From a virus (lineage: Duplodnaviria > Caudoviricetes), in the IMG/VR virus record IMGVR_UViG_3300030102_000228, positions 1 to 61,783 of that record: a stretch of DNA of 61,783 nucleotides. One strand, written 5' to 3'. Of the stretch, positions 56,773-61,783 are shown one piece after another; within the stretch, counting starts at the first letter, position 1; each line of letters starts with the position of its first letter. The notes below the pieces were generated by a model. That model made no database searches, was not told the origin of the DNA, and saw only the letters and a program-made list of their open reading frames with translations. The translations under genes and the position numbers were made by a program.

Positions 56773-58452
56773 TCACACTGGCATTACAGATTGTGGTTTA
56801 ATCTGCTTGCCTTGTTTAGTTGTGCCTGTTCGTGCTTTTCTAACTCTGTCCATCATATTGTAAAGCTGCTGCGCACCTGCATTTGAGTTACCATTACCCA
56901 AACCACTTACAACATCTGCAGCTACGACAAACTCCCCACCAGAAAGTGCAGCAGGATCTTTATTGTCAATACTGCTTGGAATCGAGTCTGCCATACCGTC
57001 AGCCATACTATTTAAATACCTAGAAGGCATCATACCAGCTAACCCCCCAGGTGCATAGGCATAGCCACCTCTAGCCATTGGTTGTTCTACTGGCTGTGTT
57101 CTTACTGGTGGTTGATTCAAAGGATTAGCTTGGTTCATCTGTTGTAAAGCTAAAGCATCCTGCGCCGCGTTTGTAGCTGCTATACCAGCATTTTCTGGAG
57201 TAGTGTACCGCATATCAGTAAAATAACGTCTACCACCTGACCCAGGGCGGCGGTCAGTAGCATAGTCTACAGGAACTTGTCTACGTGTGCCTACGTAGGT
57301 AGGTATTTTACCTTGATATCCTGCTTTAGGATCGCCGCCTGCAGGTGCGCCTAGTTTATCAAAAAGATCAAGTCCTAAAGCCTGTCCTACACCTACACCT
57401 GCTGTCAGTGCCTGTTTCCAATCTATTTCTCCGTCCCCAAGAACCGCATCAAGAGCGGCAGTACCTAGCACTGGTAACGCAGCTTCTCCTATATCTCCTA
57501 AATTTATATTAGCGTCTTTTGGATCGGGTTGTGTGCCTGTTGTTGTAGCAGTGGTAGTTGCTATATTTTCTGCAGCTACATCCGATGTGGTGGCATTTGG
57601 ATCAAAAGTTTGATCTACAGGCTGAGTTGTAGCTACTGTTGATACTTTTTCTGGATCTGCACTTTTTCCCAAGCCCCTATCATCAGCTACAAGACCTGCA
57701 TCTATTAAGTCATCAAGTGTGAATTTTCCGTCTTCACCACCAAACCGTTCTACAAACTCTTCCATTGTACCGCCAGTTGGTGGAGGAGCTGCGTCTGTTT
57801 TAGGTTTGTCGGCTGGTGGCATAAACTTTGGAGCGTCTGTATCAAAATAAGTTTTTGGAACGCTGTATCTTTCACCTTCAGAATCATACGCATACATAAA
57901 CCCAGGCTGAGGCTCTACCGCAGCATATGCCTTTGGAAAACCTTTATAGCCCGCCTCTTCGGGGCTTTTAGATAATCCTTTTGGCACATCATCCATGTAA
58001 TCTGCTTTTGGGTTGCCCCCTATTCTTTTTACATACGCTTCGTATGCTGCATCATCTTTACCGATTGCGGTGCTACCAGCCATACCAAAGTATGGAGAAT
58101 AGGTCATAGCCATACCAGCAAGTTCACCAGCCTCTTTTTCCTTCTGTCTTTTTTTGTACTCTGGAGAATCGTAGTATCGTGGGTCTATTCTATACTTTGG
58201 AGCTTGCCCGCCAAAAAGGTTTACCATATCACCGTTTGCAAAACCTACGATGCCACCTTTTGCTTTGAATTCTTTACCTAAATTTTGTTTTCCTGCCTGT
58301 TGACGATCTAGCAGCCGCTTACCGAGGTCATACCGTTCGCCTACCATGTTATTTAACCCAGTGACAGCTGAATTAAGTAGGGCTTTTCTGTCGGCAATAC
58401 TCATACTACGTAGTTTAGCATCTAATGCTGCTATGTCTTTGATACCGCTCAT
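56773..58452 (-). CDS. Internal virion protein
   Basis: 559 aa; C-terminal DGMADSIP...LSGGEFVVAADVVSGLGNGNSNAGA. Confidence 0.65.
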   Translation of the reverse strand: MSGIKDIAALDAKLRSMSIADRKALLNSAVTGLNNMVGERYDLGKRLLDRQQAGKQNLGKEFKAKGGIVGFANGDMVNLFGGQAPKYRIDPRYYDSPEYKKRQKEKEAGELAGMAMTYSPYFGMAGSTAIGKDDAAYEAYVKRIGGNPKADYMDDVPKGLSKSPEEAGYKGFPKAYAAVEPQPGFMYAYDSEGERYSVPKTYFDTDAPKFMPPADKPKTDAAPPPTGGTMEEFVERFGGEDGKFTLDDLIDAGLVADDRGLGKSADPEKVSTVATTQPVDQTFDPNATTSDVAAENIATTTATTTGTQPDPKDANINLGDIGEAALPVLGTAALDAVLGDGEIDWKQALTAGVGVGQALGLDLFDKLGAPAGGDPKAGYQGKIPTYVGTRRQVPVDYATDRRPGSGGRRYFTDMRYTTPENAGIAATNAAQDALALQQMNQANPLNQPPVRTQPVEQPMARGGYAYAPGGLAGMMPSRYLNSMADGMADSIPSSIDNKDPAALSGGEFVVAADVVSGLGNGNSNAGAQQLYNMMDRVRKARTGTTKQGKQIKPQSVMPV

Positions 58453-61403
58453 TATTTAGTCCTCATAATTTTTAGTATCTCGTCTGTGGCATCCACACTT
58501 CCGCCCTGTTTATAGGGACTTGGAAACTTTCTTTCCTGTGACGGGTTAGCAAATATGCTGCTAAAATCATAGAAGTAATCTATTTGTGCAGGATCTGGAG
58601 TTTTTACGTCCACTCTTTGATTTGCAGCTATAACCCCTCTTAGATAATCTTCTTGTTGTTTTTTAGCACGTTGTCTACCAGCTCTTAATAACTCGTCCTG
58701 TATTGTTTGTACCAGATTTGTGGTTACATTTGTATCTATATTTTGCGTTGGGTCTATTTTCGTGTCAACCGTTGCATCTGGCTGTATATTTGTGTCAGGT
58801 GTTGGATCAACTACAGGATCAACTACAGGATCAGGTGTAGGTTCAACTACAGGATCAACTATAGGATCAACCACTGGGTCAGGTGTAGGATCAGGTGTTG
58901 GATCAACGATAGGATCAGGTGTTGGATCTGGTGTTGGATCAACTATAGGATCAGGTGTTGGATCAACTATAGGATCAGGTGTTGTATCAACAGGATCAGG
59001 TGTAGGGTCGGGTGTTGTATCGACAGGATCAGGTGTGGGATCAGGCTGCTGGTTTAACAGTATATTTCGTGTGGCATCAGGAATGTAATCTAACACTAAC
59101 TGATACAAATCCTGATTAGGGTCTACAACACCTGTAAACTTCTCTATGTCACTTGTAACTACAGTATCTGGATTAAGACCCGCTCTTCTATAGGCATCCC
59201 TTACATCCTGTGTTGAGTTTGTAAACGGGTCTAAGAAATCAATAATCTCTTGTGTTTTATCTTTTTTGGTCTGCTCGTCTACTATAAACCCAGAGTTTAT
59301 CAGTGCATCTATCTGATCTTGTGAAGCCTCAAACCCGTATCCATACTCTCCTAGTTGATCTGCTACAAAATCTGCCGTTACTCGCTGCCCTGCATAGTTT
59401 GCAACTGATGTATCTAAGTCAGTTTCTGGGGTTGCACCCACAAAAGTATTTATATCTTTTTGAGTAAATTTATACGGTATTTCACTGTTTTGTGAATAGT
59501 TCACAGCAGCGTCATAAGCCTCAGTAGGAGACACATAACCTTCGTCATAAACTGCATTTAGCAGGGTAGTCTGTGTCCCTGTGTCTGTAATACCAGCATT
59601 GGCTAGCTGCTGTTGTGCTACTGCCGCACCTTCTGCCGTACTAGGAGCAGAACTAAGAATGGTTCTAACTTCTGGGTTAAATATAGACACTGCATTAGCA
59701 ACAGCATCTCCAGTAGATACTACGCCTGTTACTGACGTTGAAGTACCTGCCCCAGCTATCATACCCAAGATAGCGTTAGCAGTTACATTACCAACTGAAT
59801 CTCGGCTTGGGTCTAGCTTTACTAGTTCAGTCTCAAGGTATACTTGAGGAAGAGCTTCTTCTAAGCCTTCTGAAGCAGTTTCTCTAAATACAATTTCTAC
59901 AGCTTCTTCAAACCCAGAGTTTTTATTACCCCCAAACAACTTTCTATTTAGAGTGCTAGCATTAACGCCAGTATTTATGCTTGTAAATGTAAGTAAGGCG
60001 ATATTACCAGCTACAATAGCTTTATCTCTAGCGAAGTTCTGTGCGTCTGCATCGCTGTATCCTGCTTTTTTAGCTACTTCATACGCTTCATTGTATGCTG
60101 AGTTTGCCGTGCCACCCCAAGACTCTGCAGCATCTGCCATTGTAGCGGTAGCAAACCCAACCTTTTTCCCATATTCTTCTGCTATTTCTTTACCCGCAGC
60201 TTTAAACCCTGCTTTTGTTAGGTTAGCGGCTCCTCCACTAAGGAGGAATAGCGGCAATTCTTCTACAATTTCTTTGCCTATGACTTCTGCAGCAAACACT
60301 GCTTTATTATCCCAAGCTGCCCCTGCAATAGCTTTTGCGGTACGCCACATTCGATCCATACCAGACAGAGGAGAACCGTCTTTGTTGGTAGCCATTACTG
60401 GATTGCCATTTTCGTCTAAGACGGGGTTGCCCTCCTCATCTAGTTCAAAGTTGGCATTTGCTACCCTGTCTCTTATATTTTCTACACTCTGCTGATAGCC
60501 TTCTGACTGTGCGCCCTTTGCGATAGTTTTTAAATCGTCTGCTATTTCTGCTAACGGAGTGCTGCTAGGGTCTATGCCAAACAAGATTGCTAGACCATTC
60601 ATGTTTTCAAGAAGCGTACCTGTTCCACCCACGCCTACGTTAACCACATAGTCTTGGAAACCGTCACTATTTATTACGTTTCGTACTGTTTCGCTGTTGT
60701 CGTATATAAGCTCTGCTAATTCTATAAACGGTTCTGTGTAGAAGTCATAAACTGCACTGCCTGCTTCTTTAGCTAACTGCCCAACTGTAGACGCAAATCC
60801 TACCTGATCCTCACGCTGCAGGTCGGCTAGAGATAAACCACCATCATTTTGTACTTCATCTAAAATCTGAACACCCGCTGTAACTCTAAGCTTTGCTGGT
60901 TTACCATCGTCACCAAGACTACCCTCACTATCCGTAGGAATAAGAGGAATAAACTCTCCGTCCCGTGTTACGTCACTTACAGCTCGCCATACTTGGTAGT
61001 ATTTTCCGTCACCATCGATACTTTGTTGAATACCCCTACTTGCATAAGTACCTTCGTTAATAACTCTCCCGTCAACAGAGGTTTCTTTTATTATTCTAGT
61101 GCCGTCATCATCGATAAAATCACTCTTTAGAGTGAACATACCCAGCTTGTCATTGTAGGTTGGTGTAGGCACGGAAAACTTTACGTTTTCCCATTTGATC
61201 AGACCGTCATCTTGTGTTTTTAGTCTTGCCCGCCCCGCAACGATGTCTGCATCTGATACGCCCTCTACACGCCCTATTTCATTAGGGCCAGATGCAAAGC
61301 TCATTTCAAATATGTCTTGTTCAGAAACTCCCTTGTCAACAAGATCTTTTCTTATTTCTGGGTTTATAGTTTTTTCTAACTCTGCCCGCACCTCAGTTGC
61401 CAT
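58452..61403 (-). CDS. C-terminal portion of the large internal virion protein (true start at 2401 via circular overlap)
   Basis: 983-aa ORF; in this copy it is cut from its upstream part by a 37-bp deletion near 61436. Confidence 0.75.
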   Translation of the reverse strand: MATEVRAELEKTINPEIRKDLVDKGVSEQDIFEMSFASGPNEIGRVEGVSDADIVAGRARLKTQDDGLIKWENVKFSVPTPTYNDKLGMFTLKSDFIDDDGTRIIKETSVDGRVINEGTYASRGIQQSIDGDGKYYQVWRAVSDVTRDGEFIPLIPTDSEGSLGDDGKPAKLRVTAGVQILDEVQNDGGLSLADLQREDQVGFASTVGQLAKEAGSAVYDFYTEPFIELAELIYDNSETVRNVINSDGFQDYVVNVGVGGTGTLLENMNGLAILFGIDPSSTPLAEIADDLKTIAKGAQSEGYQQSVENIRDRVANANFELDEEGNPVLDENGNPVMATNKDGSPLSGMDRMWRTAKAIAGAAWDNKAVFAAEVIGKEIVEELPLFLLSGGAANLTKAGFKAAGKEIAEEYGKKVGFATATMADAAESWGGTANSAYNEAYEVAKKAGYSDADAQNFARDKAIVAGNIALLTFTSINTGVNASTLNRKLFGGNKNSGFEEAVEIVFRETASEGLEEALPQVYLETELVKLDPSRDSVGNVTANAILGMIAGAGTSTSVTGVVSTGDAVANAVSIFNPEVRTILSSAPSTAEGAAVAQQQLANAGITDTGTQTTLLNAVYDEGYVSPTEAYDAAVNYSQNSEIPYKFTQKDINTFVGATPETDLDTSVANYAGQRVTADFVADQLGEYGYGFEASQDQIDALINSGFIVDEQTKKDKTQEIIDFLDPFTNSTQDVRDAYRRAGLNPDTVVTSDIEKFTGVVDPNQDLYQLVLDYIPDATRNILLNQQPDPTPDPVDTTPDPTPDPVDTTPDPIVDPTPDPIVDPTPDPTPDPIVDPTPDPTPDPVVDPIVDPVVEPTPDPVVDPVVDPTPDTNIQPDATVDTKIDPTQNIDTNVTTNLVQTIQDELLRAGRQRAKKQQEDYLRGVIAANQRVDVKTPDPAQIDYFYDFSSIFANPSQERKFPSPYKQGGSVDATDEILKIMRTK
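58795..59045 (-). repeat. Tandem Pro/Asp/Thr/Val repeats (DPTP/DPIV/DPVV)
   Basis: 12-bp-based units such as GGATCAGGTGTT and GGATCAACTATA. Confidence 0.9.
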
Positions 61404-61783
61404 GTCAGAAATATCTGCGACTTTGAGTTCATCCAGTGATCTTCGTTCAGCTTCGTTACAGATATGCCAAGTTCTTTTAGCGTGCCAGTTATGGCTCTAT
61501 TCTGCTCAACTTCTAGCTGTTTAGCGTGTTGTTCTGCGTTGATCGGTGCATTAGTAGCACGGCCTTCATTTATGTAATGGCTAAACGCATCGGTATCCGC
61601 ATCAAGATTATTTAATTTTTTGTATTCTTCTTCGTTAAATACGCCCTGCCCACCAGTAAGAGCTTCGGTTATTACTTTGTTTTGGAACTCATATAATGGT
61701 TTTAGATCTTCAGACAGTTTATCTGAGTCTTGGCGTAGGTTATCTATAGCTTCTTCGTATGCTTTTTGGTTGTCTTCTAAATT
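60617..61783. repeat. Right copy of imperfect terminal redundancy
   Basis: Aligns to 1-1213. Confidence 0.95.

Noticed and set aside
58707-59088. Repetitive plus-strand ORFs (RIRCWINY / GSGVGST)
   Set aside because: Antisense translations of the DPTP repeat
1-61783. Diversity-generating retroelement or alternative genetic code
   Set aside because: No reverse transcriptase; repeat-copy differences are not adenine-specific; genes read through intact with the standard code and all three stops are used

Overview
The window appears to be a near-complete, circularly permuted genome of about 60.6 kb from a tailed dsDNA phage. It has a podovirus-like gene set and is probably a marine proteobacterial phage (inference). 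Positions 1-1213 recur, imperfectly, at 60617-61783. There are two divergent arms. The minus-strand late arm runs 27.5 kb to 1 and wraps round from 61.8 kb to 47.5 kb: HNH, terminase, portal, GroES, scaffold, major capsid, basic proteins, adaptor and tail proteins, lysis genes, internal virion proteins. The plus-strand early/replication arm runs 27.9-47.4 kb: DUF3150-like/AAA+/metallopeptidase-vWA module, VRR-NUC, PolA, PD-(D/E)XK nuclease, SNF2-like helicase, SSB, primase-helicase. I found no integrase, RNA polymerase, tRNA or CRISPR array. Two non-coding signals stand out. (1) A set of intergenic hairpins (29469, 35832, 44298, 47381) has loops complementary to the Shine-Dalgarno/start-codon regions of the phage's own earlier genes, suggesting an antisense-RNA translational shut-off cascade. 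(2) An 18-bp perfect palindrome, GTTAGGGAATTCCCTAAC, occurs 10 times, seen only in the early arm and mostly at gene junctions. Family assignments come from motif recognition by eye; no database search was run.
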